Under the pieces are notes generated by a model. The model saw nothing but the letters and a program-made list of their open reading frames with translations, had not been told where the DNA came from and ran no database searches. Source: an uncultured Holophagales bacterium (lineage in GTDB: Bacteria; Acidobacteriota; Thermoanaerobaculia; Multivoradales; UBA5704). From it: a DNA stretch of 64,000 nucleotides. The stretch is from positions 1,120,001 through 1,184,000 of the forward strand of contig CAWJGT010000009.1 in assembly GCA_963842525.1 (NCBI GenBank), read 5' to 3'. Of this stretch, positions 9,453 to 19,973 are shown one piece after another. The stretch's first letter is position 1. The number at the start of each line of letters is the position of its first letter. Position numbers and translations under genes: made by a program.

Positions 9453-12400
9453 ATGCTTCAGCTCCGCATCAAGCAGCACTCCATAGCGGAGGGCCGCCAC
9501 CGGGTGGACCTCGATCTCACCGGCGACAGCGCTCCGCGAGCTGCCACCGCCGAGTTTGCCTTCGGCCTCTCGCCACAGGATGAAGAGGATCTGCGCTGGT
9601 ATCTGGAGGAGTTCCTTCTATACCCCCAGGAGCCGGCGCCGACGATCGCGCGCCGGGTCGAGGGGCGGATGGCAGAGGTGGGGACGGAGCTGTTCAAGGC
9701 GGTGTTCCATGCAAATGAGGACACTCGGAGGATCTGGAGCCGGGTGGAGGAGCGGCTGCCGGAGACACGCGTCGAGATCGTCTCGGGTGTGACCGAGGCG
9801 GCCACGATCCCCTGGGAGCTGCTGCGAGAGCCGAGAACGACTGCTGCCCTGGCCCTCACCGCCCAGTCGTTCGTACGCGCACAGCCCAACACGGCCCGCG
9901 CTCCCCAGCTTCCAGCCAAGAAGAAAGGGAAGATCCGCATCCTCCTGGTCCTCTGCCGGCCGCGGGGAGATGAAGATGTGCCGTTCCGCTCGGTGGCGAG
10001 CCAACTCCTCCGCGGGCTCAGCGAGGCCAATCGCGAAGCCTACGATTTGGATGTCCTGCGGCCGCCCACCTTCGAGCAGCTCGGGAAGGCGCTCCGCCAG
10101 GCGCACCGGGAGGGCCAGCCCTACCACGTGGTCCACTTCGACGGCCACGGAACTTATATAGAGGTCGAGGAGGCCAGGGGGATCAGGGCTCTCCTGGGGC
10201 GGCTCAGACCGACTATCCTCGCCGGACCACGCACAGGCAAGCACGGCTATCTCGTGTTCGAAAACCCGCAGCTCGAAGACAACGGAGAGCTGGTGGACGG
10301 CACCTCGCTGGGGCAGCTTCTTGCGAGTACGGGAGTGTCCGTCCTTGTCCTCAACGCCTGCCGCTCAGCGCACACCGAGCCGGCATCGACGCCGAGCACA
10401 GACACCACGATTGATCCTCACTCGCAGGTGCGGGCCTTCGGCTCGCTCGCGCAGGAGGTGATGGATGCGGGCGTAGCCGGGGTGGTGGCCATGCGCTACA
10501 ACATCTACGTAGTCACCGCCGCCCGGCTCGTGGCCGAGCTCTACGCCTCCCTTGTTCGCGGTGACTCGCTGGGCGGGGCGGTAACCTTGGCGCGCACGAG
10601 CCTGGCCGACAACCCGCTGCGCGAGGTGGTCTACACACCCTTGCCGCTCCAGGACTGGACCGTCCCCGTCGTCTACGAGGCGACGCCGCTGGAGCTCTTT
10701 CCGAAGGCAAAGGACGACGGCCGCCTGAAGATTCACGTCGAAGCAGGAGCCACGGCGTCGCAAGCCGGTGGCCTCGATGCCGACCTCCCCCCGCCGCCCG
10801 ACGTCGGCTTTTTCGGCCGGGACGAAACGCTCCTCGCCCTCGACCGCGCCTTCGATCGGACCTCGATCGTCCTCCTCCATGCCTATGCCGGCAGCGGCAA
10901 GACCACCACCACCGCCGAATTCGCTCGCTGGTACTCATTGACCGGCGGCGTCGACGGCCCCGTCCTCTTCACCACCTTCGAGCGCTACCTCCCGCTGTCC
11001 CGTGTGCTGGACCGGATCGGCCAAGTCTTCGGGCCGGCTCTGGAGCGGTCAGGCGTCCACTGGCTGGCGCTCGATGATGCGACGCGGCGGCAGGTGGCTC
11101 TCCAGGTCCTCGCCCAGGTACCGGTGCTGTGGATCTGGGACAACATCGAGCCGGTGACCGGCTTTCCGGCAGGCACGGAGTCAGCCTGGAGCGCAGAGGA
11201 GCAGGAGGAGCTTCTCGGCTTCCTGCGCGCCGTGCGGGAGACCGAAGCAAAGATTCTCTTGACGTCGCGTCGCGACGAGCGGTCGTGGCTGGGAGATCTG
11301 CCCAGGCGCATTGCAGTGCCGCCGATGCCGATGGCGGAGAGCCTCCAACTCGTCCGGGCTCTTGCCGAAAAGCACGGCCGCCGGCTCGCCGACATCGAGG
11401 ACTGGCGCCCGCTCCTCGCCTTTGCCCAGGGCAACCCAATGACGCTCACTGTCCTCGCCCGCCAAGCACTACGCGAGGGCCTCAAGACGAAAGAGCAGAT
11501 CGAAGCCTTCGTCGCCCGCCTCCGCTCCGGCGAAGCCACCTTCTCTGACGAGGCCGCCGAGGGGCGCTCCCGCTCCCTCGGCGCCTCGCTTGCGTATGGG
11601 TTCGAGCAGGCTTTCGATGAGGAGGAACGAAAGAAGCTCGCCCTGCTCTATCTGTTTCAGGGGTTTGTGAACGTGGCCGTGCTGTGCGTCATGGGCGATC
11701 CCGAGACCTCGTGGTGCCTGCCCGAGGTACGGAGCCTGACCCGTGAGGAGGGTATTGCCCTCCTCGACCGCGCCGCAGAAGTTGGGCTCCTGGCCGCGCA
11801 CGGCGGCGGGTACTATGGGATTCACCCCGCCCTCCCTTGGTACTTCAAGGGTCTATTTGAGCGGTGCTACCCGGCCGATAACAACGCGGCCGTGCGTGCG
11901 TTCGTCGAGACCTTGGGCGAGTTGGGGGATGCCTTCTGGAGTCAATACGAGCAAGGGAACCGCGAGGTCGTCGATACGTTGCGTACCGAGGAGGCGAACC
12001 TGCTCCACGCTCGCCGGTTGGCGCGAGCCCATGGCTGTTGGAACTCTGTCACCAGCACCATGCAGGGACTCCGGCACCTCTATGGCCATACCGGCCGGCA
12101 GGCGGAGTGGAAACGGCTGGTCGAGGAGATTGTGCCGGACTTCGTCGATCCGGTGAGTGATGGCCCCTTGCCATGCCGAGAGGAGAGTTGGAAGCTGGCC
12201 TCGGAGTACCGCGTGCGACTTGCTTTCGAGGAACGGCGGTGGCCCGAGGCCGAGCGCATGCAAACCATCCGTGTAGAATGGAATCATCAGCAGGCTGCGC
12301 GCTTTCTGGCCCGACCAGTAGAAAAGCTGGAGAGCGGTGGGTGGAGCGCAATCCGGTCACTTGCGGTTTCTCTGGAGATGCTCGGACATATCCGGCGCGA

Positions 12401-13055
12401 GCTGGGCCGTGTGGATTGCGTTCCGGTTTATGAGGAAGCCTTGGAGCTTTCAATGCGAATCGGCGACCTACCCGAGGCGGCGGCTTGCTCGTTCGGCCTT
12501 GGGCATGCGTTCAAGAATCTGCCCGACCTCCGCGATCTCAACCAAGCTGAGTCATGGTACCGAAGGAGCCTTGAACTGTTCGCTGAAAGCGATCGACTGG
12601 CGCGTGGCCGATGCCTGGGGCAGTTGGGAATCATTGCCAAGGAGCACTTCCTTGTTGCCCGAGCCGCAGGACGAGCCGATGAAGAGGTTCTTCGGCATTT
12701 TAACGAAGCGGTGAGGTGCTACCAAGGAGCTCTCGACCTTCTTCCCGAGGATGCGATCAACGACTTAGCCATCACGCACCACCAGCTTGGTGCCATCTTT
12801 GGCGATGCAGGCTATCTCGATCACTCAGTTCAACAATTCCGGGAGTCGATTAGCTTGAGAGAGCAAGCAGGCAACATCTACGGTGCCGCCCTGACTCGCT
12901 TTAATGTTGCCGTCTCCCTGCTTCGCGCCGGGCGGTGTCCGGATGCCTTGCAGTACGCCGAGGCGGCTCTGAAGGGATTTGAGAGCTACGGGGAGGGAGC
13001 GGCGGCGGAGATCGAGGAGACTCGCAGGCTGGCCGCGATGATCTGCGGACAATAG
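9453..13055 (+). CDS. CHAT (caspase-like) protease + STAND NTPase + TPR protein
   Basis: HFDGHG and LNACRS His/Cys dyad, FFGRD, AGSGKTT Walker A, WIWDNIE, GNPMTL, C-terminal TPRs. Confidence 0.9.
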   Translation: MLQLRIKQHSIAEGRHRVDLDLTGDSAPRAATAEFAFGLSPQDEEDLRWYLEEFLLYPQEPAPTIARRVEGRMAEVGTELFKAVFHANEDTRRIWSRVEERLPETRVEIVSGVTEAATIPWELLREPRTTAALALTAQSFVRAQPNTARAPQLPAKKKGKIRILLVLCRPRGDEDVPFRSVASQLLRGLSEANREAYDLDVLRPPTFEQLGKALRQAHREGQPYHVVHFDGHGTYIEVEEARGIRALLGRLRPTILAGPRTGKHGYLVFENPQLEDNGELVDGTSLGQLLASTGVSVLVLNACRSAHTEPASTPSTDTTIDPHSQVRAFGSLAQEVMDAGVAGVVAMRYNIYVVTAARLVAELYASLVRGDSLGGAVTLARTSLADNPLREVVYTPLPLQDWTVPVVYEATPLELFPKAKDDGRLKIHVEAGATASQAGGLDADLPPPPDVGFFGRDETLLALDRAFDRTSIVLLHAYAGSGKTTTTAEFARWYSLTGGVDGPVLFTTFERYLPLSRVLDRIGQVFGPALERSGVHWLALDDATRRQVALQVLAQVPVLWIWDNIEPVTGFPAGTESAWSAEEQEELLGFLRAVRETEAKILLTSRRDERSWLGDLPRRIAVPPMPMAESLQLVRALAEKHGRRLADIEDWRPLLAFAQGNPMTLTVLARQALREGLKTKEQIEAFVARLRSGEATFSDEAAEGRSRSLGASLAYGFEQAFDEEERKKLALLYLFQGFVNVAVLCVMGDPETSWCLPEVRSLTREEGIALLDRAAEVGLLAAHGGGYYGIHPALPWYFKGLFERCYPADNNAAVRAFVETLGELGDAFWSQYEQGNREVVDTLRTEEANLLHARRLARAHGCWNSVTSTMQGLRHLYGHTGRQAEWKRLVEEIVPDFVDPVSDGPLPCREESWKLASEYRVRLAFEERRWPEAERMQTIRVEWNHQQAARFLARPVEKLESGGWSAIRSLAVSLEMLGHIRRELGRVDCVPVYEEALELSMRIGDLPEAAACSFGLGHAFKNLPDLRDLNQAESWYRRSLELFAESDRLARGRCLGQLGIIAKEHFLVARAAGRADEEVLRHFNEAVRCYQGALDLLPEDAINDLAITHHQLGAIFGDAGYLDHSVQQFRESISLREQAGNIYGAALTRFNVAVSLLRAGRCPDALQYAEAALKGFESYGEGAAAEIEETRRLAAMICGQ

Positions 13056-13084
13056 GAGTCGGCTTCGCCGGGAATCTCACCCTA

Positions 13085-13312
13085 TTAGAGAAGCTCGAGA
13101 AACACGTCCAGATCGAGGCGGGCCTGCTTCAGGATATGTGAAAGGGTCGAGCGCTTGATGGGCCGATGGGCTGGAACAATGATCTTGAGAGTCTCGTCTG
13201 CGGTCCGCTTCTGGAGACGGATGTGACTGCCTCGCTGGCGGACGACCAGCCAGCCGTCGCGGCGCAGGGCATTGATCACCTGCTCATAGCTCAGGCTAGG
13301 GACTTTGCTCAA
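13085..13312 (-). CDS. hicA: HicA-family toxin
   Basis: GW..VRQRGSHIRL..IVPAH..TL..ILKQA; TTG start overlaps the hicB stop. Confidence 0.9.
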   Translation of the reverse strand: MSKVPSLSYEQVINALRRDGWLVVRQRGSHIRLQKRTADETLKIIVPAHRPIKRSTLSHILKQARLDLDVFLELL

Positions 13313-13512
13313 ACGGCGACTTCCAAGACTTCCGCATTGGGAGCGAAGTCCCGGTCGTCCTCGATCGGCTCCAGGTAGAGCGCGATGGCTTCCTGGACGT
13401 TGGCCAGTGCCTCCTCCCGGGTATCGCCCTCGCTCAGGCATCCCGGCAGGGCTGGCACGATCGCCGTGTAGCCGCCTTCTTCGCTGGGTTCAAGAACGAT
13501 CTGCAGCTTCAT
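13309..13512 (-). CDS. hicB: HicB-family antitoxin (short form)
   Basis: EEGGYTAIVPALPGCLSEGDTREEALANVQEAI. Confidence 0.9.
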   Translation of the reverse strand: MKLQIVLEPSEEGGYTAIVPALPGCLSEGDTREEALANVQEAIALYLEPIEDDRDFAPNAEVLEVAV

Positions 13513-13744
13513 CGAGGGTCTCCAAGGGGGCCGCGGCCACGTGTGCGTATTTGTCCGTAGAAATATCTGTGAAGTCCGAATGAGCCGTACCAGAAAGAGC
13601 CCGGAGCGCTGCGAACGGCTCCCGGCTCGTCGGGACACCTGGAGGCTCCGCCAGGTCGAGAGCATCCAGCTCGACAATGAGCCGGCTACGCTCATCGGGA
13701 GAGAGCGTACGTACAGCATCCAGGATGGCGGCGAGTTTATCCAT
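13490..13744 (-). CDS. small antitoxin-like protein
   Basis: LSPDER..L N-terminus and TDISTDKY C-terminal motif, typical of PIN-associated antitoxins; no PIN gene follows. Confidence 0.5.
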   Translation of the reverse strand: MDKLAAILDAVRTLSPDERSRLIVELDALDLAEPPGVPTSREPFAALRALSGTAHSDFTDISTDKYAHVAAAPLETLDEAADRS

Positions 13745-13933
13745 CCCGGACATTCTAGCGCATCGGCCAACGTCAAGCCACTGACCGGGCGCCAACGATC
13801 GCGCAGAAGCCCCTGTAACCTTTCGCCCCCCTCCGTCGTAGAGAGGATGTCGGTAGTTGTTGGACCCCGAACCTCAGCCAGCCTGGAAACCGATCTCGAC
13901 GGACCAGGTTGTTGTCAAGAAAGAAGGGCTGTC

Positions 13934-15151
13934 ATGCGCAAGAAATGGGTGATCGCCAGTGCCGCAGTGGTGCTCGTGACGGGCAGTCTCGTGGTGGCCC
14001 GCGCGACGACCCGCTCCCAGCCGGAGGAGCGGGAGTCGCCGTTCCGCCTCGGCAAGGTGCAGGCCGAGGACCTGCAGGTGAGCGTGCGCGAGGTGGGTGT
14101 GGTGGATCCCGAGATCAAGGTGGACGTCAAGTCCGCCGTGTCCGGCCGCATCCTGGACCTCCGTGTCCGCGAGGGCGATGTGGTGCGGACCGGGCAGGTC
14201 CTGGCCGAGGTCGAGCCCGACGTCAACCAGGCGCAGTCGCTCTCCGACGTCAAGGCCGCGGTGAGCCAGGCCGACCTCAAGCTGCGCGACGCCGAGCGCG
14301 AGCTCGCGGCGCAGACGGCGCTGTTCGAGGCGGGCCTGATCCCCAGCCAGACCCTGAACAACTATCAGACCTCGCGCGACCTCGCCGCCGAGACCCTGGC
14401 CAACGCCCGGTCGCGCTACCAGATCGTCGAGGACCGCGGCATTCCGATCTCCGGCGCCTCGTCCACGCCAGAAGGCGCGGGTCACCGTCGCCCATGTCCG
14501 GCGTGGTCATCACCAAGGGCGTCGAGCTCGGCGAGACCGTGACCTCCGGCGTCTCCTCGTTCAACGACGGCACGGTGATGTTCACGGTCGCCGATCTCAA
14601 ATCGCTCCTCATCCGCGTCAACCTGAACGAGGTGGACATCGCCAAGGTGCGCGTCGGCCAGCCGGTGCGCGTCACGCTCGACGCCTATCCCCAGAAGATC
14701 TTCGACGGCAAGGTGCGCTTCGTCGCCCCGGCCGCCAAGGTGGTGGACAAGATCAAGGTGTTCGAGATCGAGGTCGCGCTCGACCAGCTCGACGAGTCCT
14801 TCCGCACCGGCATGAGCGCCAACGTCGAGATCCTCGGCGAGAGCGCGCCCGCACGCTCTGTCGATCCCTCTCGAGGCCCTCCAGCGGCGCGACGGGCAGA
14901 CGGTCGTCTATCGCCTGAAGAGCCGCCTCTCGCCGGAGCAGATCGAGGAGGCGCGCGAGGCCCTCGACGGCCGCAGCAAGTTCGTCTGGCTGTCCGAGAA
15001 CTGGAAGGAGTACTTCGAGCCGGTGCCGGTGAAGGCGGGGATCGCGACGCTGGAGCGGGCCGAGGTCATGGCCGGTCTCCGCGACGGCGATCAGGTGGCG
15101 CTCGAAGACGTGACGCGCAAGAAGGTCGAGAAGGACGACGAGAACAACTGA
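13934..15151 (+). CDS. efflux periplasmic adaptor (MacA-like); frameshifted
   Basis: [49 protein letters not shown] across three frames. Confidence 0.85.
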
Positions 15152-15171
15152 TCCCGGGACGAGGAACAGCC

Positions 15172-15868
15172 ATGAAAATCATCGAAACCCGGGGCCTGAC
15201 CAAGGTCTACGGCAGCGACGAGCAACGCGGTCCATGCGCTCCGCGGCATCGATCTGGACGATCGAGCGCGGCGAGCTCGTGGCCCTGATCGGCCCTTCGG
15301 GGTCGGGCAAGAGCACGCTGATGGCCATCCTGGGCTGCCTCGACACGCCCGACGGGCGGCAGCTACGCCCTCGACGGCCGGCAGGTGGAGAAGCTCTGCG
15401 GGCGCCGAGCTCGCGGCGATCCGCAACGAGAAGATCGGGTTCGTCTTCCAGCAGTACAACCTGCTGCCCAAGGCGACGATCCTGCGCAACGTCGAGCTGC
15501 CGATGCTCTACGCCGGCGTGCCCCGCAAGGAGCGCCGGCAGCGGGCCCTGGAGCTGCTCGAGCGGGTGGGAATCCCGGACAAGGCCAACACGCTGCCCGG
15601 CGCGCTCTCCGGCGGCCAGCGCCAGCGCGTGGCCATCGCCCGCGCCCTCGCCAACCGGCCGGCGCTGCTGCTCGCCGACGAGCCCACGGGCGCGCTCGAT
15701 TCGAAGACCGGCCAGGAGGTGCTCGCGCTGTTCCAGGAGCTGCACGCCCAGGGCAACACCGTCCTGCTGGTGACCCACGACCCGGCGATCGCCGCCCTGG
15801 CGGAGCGCCGCGTCGAGCTGCACGACGGCCTCCTCAATCTCCAGGAGCGCCGGGAGGAGGCGGCGTGA
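15172..15868 (+). CDS. ABC transporter ATP-binding protein (MacB/LolD-like); frameshifted
   Basis: [39 protein letters not shown]. Confidence 0.9.
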
Positions 15869-17118
15869 AGACCAGCGGCGCCTTCCGCGAGCGTCTGCTC
15901 GAGGCGTGGATCGAGCTGCGGCAAAACCCCGGACGCTCGTTCCTCCAGGCCCTGGGCGTGATGCTGGGCGTCGCCTCGGTGCTCGGCGGATTCTCGATTT
16001 CCGACAGCCAGCGGCACCAGGCGGAGCGCCTCTTCGCCCGCATCGGCGGCATCGACAAGCTGAACGTGCTGCCCACCGACACCGCCTACCAGGGCACGCC
16101 GAGCGCGCTGCAGAACGCCAACCTCGGCCTGCGCCTGGAAGACGCGGCCGAGGGCGGGCGGCTCGCCTCCGCCAAGGCGGTCAATGCCACCAGCGTGGTC
16201 CGGGAGGCCCGGGCGCGGGTGCGCTCGGAATTCGCCGACCAGGAGCGCGACGTCAGCGGCATCGGCGCCGACTATGTCGCCATGAACGGATATGAGATCG
16301 AGCAGGGCCGCGCCTTCTCGGCCCACGACTATCGAGACCGGCGCGCCGGTGGCGATCCTGGGCTCGCAGGCGGCGAGCGTGTTCTTCCCGACCGGCGAGA
16401 TCGTGGGCAAGTCCGTGCGCATCGGCGAGGTGCCGGTGCGGTGATTGGCGTCTTTGCCGAGAAAACCTTCCGTTTCCGCGAAGGCCAGGAGAACGTCTTC
16501 GCCTGGCGCAACCGGATCGTGGCCGTGCCCTCTCTGCTGGTCGCCGCGCCGCATGGAGGGGGACGACTACCACCGCCTGGACCGCGTCACCTTCCGGGTG
16601 CCCGACCTCGCGGCCATGGCGGACTTCTCCAAGGAGCTGTCCTCCCTGGTCACGGCCAACCACCGCCTGCAGGACGACTTCCGCCTCGACGACGTGGCCA
16701 AGCGCCTGGAGCGCCAGATGAGCCAGGAGGACGTCTACAACATCATCTTCATGCTCTCGGGCGTGCTCGCGCTCATCGGCGGTGGCATGGTCAACGTCAA
16801 CATCCAACTCGCCTCGCTCAAGGAGCGGGTGCGCGAGGTGGGCGTCAAGATGGCGCTCGGCGCTCCGGGCCGCGAGATCTTCAAGGCGTTCATGACCGAG
16901 GCCTTGCTGCTGACCCTGCTCGGCAGCGTCGCCGGCTTTCTCGTCGGCATCGTCTTCTCGTGGGTGATCACGCGGTCGATCGGCATCCCGTTGATGATCG
17001 CGCCGCTGAGCTTCGTCTGGGCCACGGCCCTGGCCCTCGTCTTCGGCTTCCTGTTCGCCCTCTACCCGCGGCCAAGGCCAGCCGCCAGTCGCCGATGGAG
17101 GCGCTGCGCTATGAGTGA
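15865..17118 (+). CDS. MacB/FtsX-type ABC permease; frameshifted
   Basis: RSFLQALGV.LGVASV, ERVREVGVKMALGA, ends P.EALRYE. Confidence 0.85.
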   Translation: MKTSGAFRERLLEAWIELRQNPGRSFLQALGVMLGVASVLGGFSISDSQRHQAERLFARIGGIDKLNVLPTDTAYQGTPSALQNANLGLRLEDAAEGGRLASAKAVNATSVVREARARVRSEFADQERDVSGIGADYVAMNGYEIEQGRAFSAHDYRDRRAGGDPGLAGGERVLPDRRDRGQVRAHRRGAGAVIGVFAEKTFRFREGQENVFAWRNRIVAVPSLLVAAPHGGGRLPPPGPRHLPGARPRGHGGLLQGAVLPGHGQPPPAGRLPPRRRGQAPGAPDEPGGRLQHHLHALGRARAHRRWHGQRQHPTRLAQGAGARGGRQDGARRSGPRDLQGVHDRGLAADPARQRRRLSRRHRLLVGDHAVDRHPVDDRAAELRLGHGPGPRLRLPVRPLPAAKASRQSPMEALRYE

Positions 17119-18410
17119 CGTGCTCGCTTTTTCCGCTGCCACTGGCGACCCGGGCACCACCCGGCGCCAGCGGTCCCTGGGCGTGCGCCTCGCCCTGGTC
17201 TGGGAGGTCATCACCGGCGGCCTGATCGAGCTGTGGGCGCACAAGCTGCGCTCGGTCCTCACGCTGACCCTGCTCATGCTCGGCGTCTTCGCCCTGGTGG
17301 TGATGACCTCGGTGCTCGACGGCGTCAAGGACAAGATCTCCACCGGTTTCGCCGGTATGAGCTGGGACGGCACGCTCTATCCTCACTCCCCGGCGAGCGA
17401 AGACCTCCGAGGAGCAGAAGCGTTTCGCCATGAGCACCGGCCTGCGCTACGAGGATCTGGCGCGTATCGCCGCGCCGCACCCGCAGGTGCTGGGGTTCTC
17501 CCCGCGCGCCACGAAGCGGAGCATCGTGCGGGTGGCGGACGGCGGCGAGCGCATTTTCGTCAACGGCGTCACCGCCGAATATTCGTTCCTGATGGACCGC
17601 CCCGTGGGTCTCGGCCGCGGGATCACCGAGGACGACCAGCGGCGGCACTCGGCCGTGGCGGTCGTGGGCGCCACGCTCGCCTCGAAGCTCTTCGGCGGCA
17701 GCGATCCGGTGGGGCGCGACGTGGTGATCGAAGGCGTGCCCTATCGCATCGTGGGCGTGCTGGCCGGAGGTCAGATCTTCAACGAAGAGCTGTACCAGGA
17801 CTCCAACGGCGTCCTCATCCCGCTGGAGACCTACATGGACCGCATGGATACCGACCACCAGCTCACGCTCGTGGGGGTGAAGATGAAGTCCACGCGGGAC
17901 CTTGAGGAGGTCTCGGCCGCGATGCTCGCCCGCGCGCGCCAAGCCCATCACGGCATCGAGGACGTGGAGGTCAAGGATCTGGACGCCGAGCTGGCGCGCG
18001 CCTCCCAGGACTTCCAGCAGCAGATGCGCGGCTGGTCCGTGGTGCTGTTCAGCCTCGCGGGCACGGTGCTCCTGGTGGGCGGCGTGGGCGTGCTGTCGGT
18101 GATGCTGATCTCCTTCTCGGACCGGCGCTACGAGATCGGCCTGCGCAAGGCGATCGGCGCCGACGACCACCAGATCCTGGTGCAGTTCCTGCTGGAGGCC
18201 CTGGTGCTGGCCGCGATCGGCGCCTCGATCGGCACACTGGCCGGCAGCGCCCTCTGCCGCGCCCTCTCCGACAAGTTCCCCTGGGGCCTGGTGGTCAACC
18301 CCTACGGCCTCGCCGCCGCCTGGGGCATCGCCCTCGTCCTCGCCGTCGCCTTCGGCCTCTACCCGGCCATCCGGGCGGCGCGGTTGTCGCCGATGGAGGC
18401 GATGCGGTAA
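17111..18410 (+). CDS. MacB/FtsX-type ABC permease; frameshifted
   Basis: KLRSVLT, DRRYEIGLRKAIGA, FGLYPAIRAARLSPMEAMR. Confidence 0.88.
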
Positions 18411-18434
18411 CGCTTTTCTGCTAGGCTCTCTCCA

Positions 18435-18638
18435 ATGGCGAAGCCTACAGTGAAGCGTGAGCAGGTCCTGGGGCAGTATCTCCGGGGCGAGATCCCCAGA
18501 GCGCAGGCGATCGAGCGTGTGGGAATCGCCTGGGTGCTCCTCGTCGAACGCCAGTATGCGGCCGTGGCCGAGGACCTGGCATGGGCCCGGGGCGGGACAC
18601 CTGCGCGATCTCTGACCAGAACTACTTCGCGACCGTAA
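18435..18638 (+). CDS. small hypothetical (antitoxin-like) protein
   Basis: 67-aa ORF, YLRGEIPRAQA helix motif, directly upstream of DUF3800. Confidence 0.5.
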   Translation: MAKPTVKREQVLGQYLRGEIPRAQAIERVGIAWVLLVERQYAAVAEDLAWARGGTPARSLTRTTSRP

Positions 18639-18672
18639 CCGATCAGATCGAAGGGCGTTGGGAGTCTGCGTT

Positions 18673-19530
18673 GTGAGCTGGTTACTGTTCCTTGACGAGA
18701 GCGGCCACGACCATCGGACCATGGCCGCCGAGCTCTGGCCGTTCGTTCAGGACATGCAGCGGCTGGAGTTGGCAGCGTTTGGGACGGAGCTGAATCAGTT
18801 CCGGACGGAGCTGAAAGGCTGCAAGCTCCTCGACAAGGATCGATTCAAGTGGGCGACGCAGGGGCAACGGATGTCCGACGAGGAGCGCCGTAAGCACTGC
18901 CGGGGCTTCTTCACCAAGGGGCTGGAAAAGAGGCCGCCATCGCGCACCGAGTTCATAGCCTACGGGCAGGCGTGCCTGGAGATGGCGACGGGGACCTTCG
19001 AGCTGCTTCGGGACCATAAGGCACGGCTTTTTGCGTCGGCGATTCCGTGCAACGTCGTGAAACCAGAAACATTCGAGGCCGAGGAATTCCTGCGAAAGGA
19101 TCACGTATTCCTGCTCGAACGTTACTTCTGCCTGCTTGAGCAGGAGAAGCAGCACGGCCTGCTCGTGATGGATGAGGTGGAAAAGACCGAAGATCGGCGG
19201 TTCGTGCGCCGCCTGGAAGCGTACTTCCGCAGGTCTCAGATAGGGCGATACCGGTCGACGTGGATCGTGCCGACGCCGTTCTTCGTATCCTCGGACATGA
19301 CCTATCCCGTCCAGGCAGCAGACCTGGCAATCTACTGTGTGAATTGGGGTTTCCGCCTGCCGACCCGCGGGATGAACGCGGTGGCGCGAAGGGAGATCGC
19401 CGACGACTTCGGGAGATGGCTTGCCCAGCTTCAGTTCCAGGGGCAAGGCTACCGGGACGGCTCTGTCTACGAGCTCTATGGCATCGTCTTCGTGCCGGAC
19501 CCGTACACAGCTAGGCGAGGTGAAGAATAA
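18673..19530 (+). CDS. DUF3800 family protein (RNase H-like acidic triad)
   Basis: LFLDESG, ELKG, LLVMDE, VQAADLAIY. Confidence 0.85.
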   Translation: MSWLLFLDESGHDHRTMAAELWPFVQDMQRLELAAFGTELNQFRTELKGCKLLDKDRFKWATQGQRMSDEERRKHCRGFFTKGLEKRPPSRTEFIAYGQACLEMATGTFELLRDHKARLFASAIPCNVVKPETFEAEEFLRKDHVFLLERYFCLLEQEKQHGLLVMDEVEKTEDRRFVRRLEAYFRRSQIGRYRSTWIVPTPFFVSSDMTYPVQAADLAIYCVNWGFRLPTRGMNAVARREIADDFGRWLAQLQFQGQGYRDGSVYELYGIVFVPDPYTARRGEE

Positions 19531-19590
19531 AGAAAGGAGGCAACGCTTTCGGAGCCACCCGAGAGCAGCCCCTGAGCCGAGCCTCCACAG
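19525..19590 (-). ncRNA. candidate DUF3800-associated small hairpin RNA, convergent with the DUF3800 gene
   Basis: The minus strand folds GGAGGC/GCCUCC plus GGGGCUGCU/GGUGGCUCC, with four G-U pairs that are A-C mismatches on the plus strand. A U-rich tail follows. Confidence 0.6.
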
Positions 19591-19592
19591 AG

Positions 19593-19621
19593 ATTATCGT
19601 CTATTGGTCTCTCAAACACAA
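19593..19621 (-). promoter_or_regulatory. putative sigma70 promoter for the hairpin RNA
   Basis: TTGTGT-17 nt-GATAAT, ending ~6 nt before the hairpin. Confidence 0.45.
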
Positions 19622-19666
19622 GGGCGTCTTTGCTCCAGGAACCGCAGGGCCGCCTGCAACTCGCTT

Positions 19667-19966
19667 CTGTCGGTGATGCGCACCTCCTTCTCGGACCGGC
19701 GCTACGAGATCGGCCTGCGCAAGGCGATCGGCGCCGACGACCACCAGATCCTGGTGCAGTTCCTGCTCGAGGCCCTAGTGCTGGCCGCGCTTGGCGCCTC
19801 GATCGGCACGCTGGCCGGCCGCGCCCTCTCCGACAAGTTTCCCTGGGGCCTGGTGGTCAACCCCTACGGCCTCGCCGCCGCCTGGGGCATCGTACTCGCC
19901 GGGGCCTTCGGCCTCTACCCGGCGATCCGGGCGGCGCGGTTGTCGCCGATGGAGGCGATGCGGTAG
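19667..19966 (+). pseudogene. duplicated 3' end of the ABC permease (copy of ~18093-18410)
   Basis: Near-identical DNA with substitutions and 12-bp and 6-bp deletions; similarity ends at the stop codon. Confidence 0.9.
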
Positions 19967-19973
19967 GCGGGCG

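Noticed and set aside
13934-18410. Multiple frameshifts in the efflux operon (also tssH, fadL-like, adhesin, WD40 gene) read as pseudogenisation or programmed frameshifting
   Set aside because: Scattered single-base indels with all motifs intact and no in-frame stops fit long-read consensus error better; reads are needed to decide
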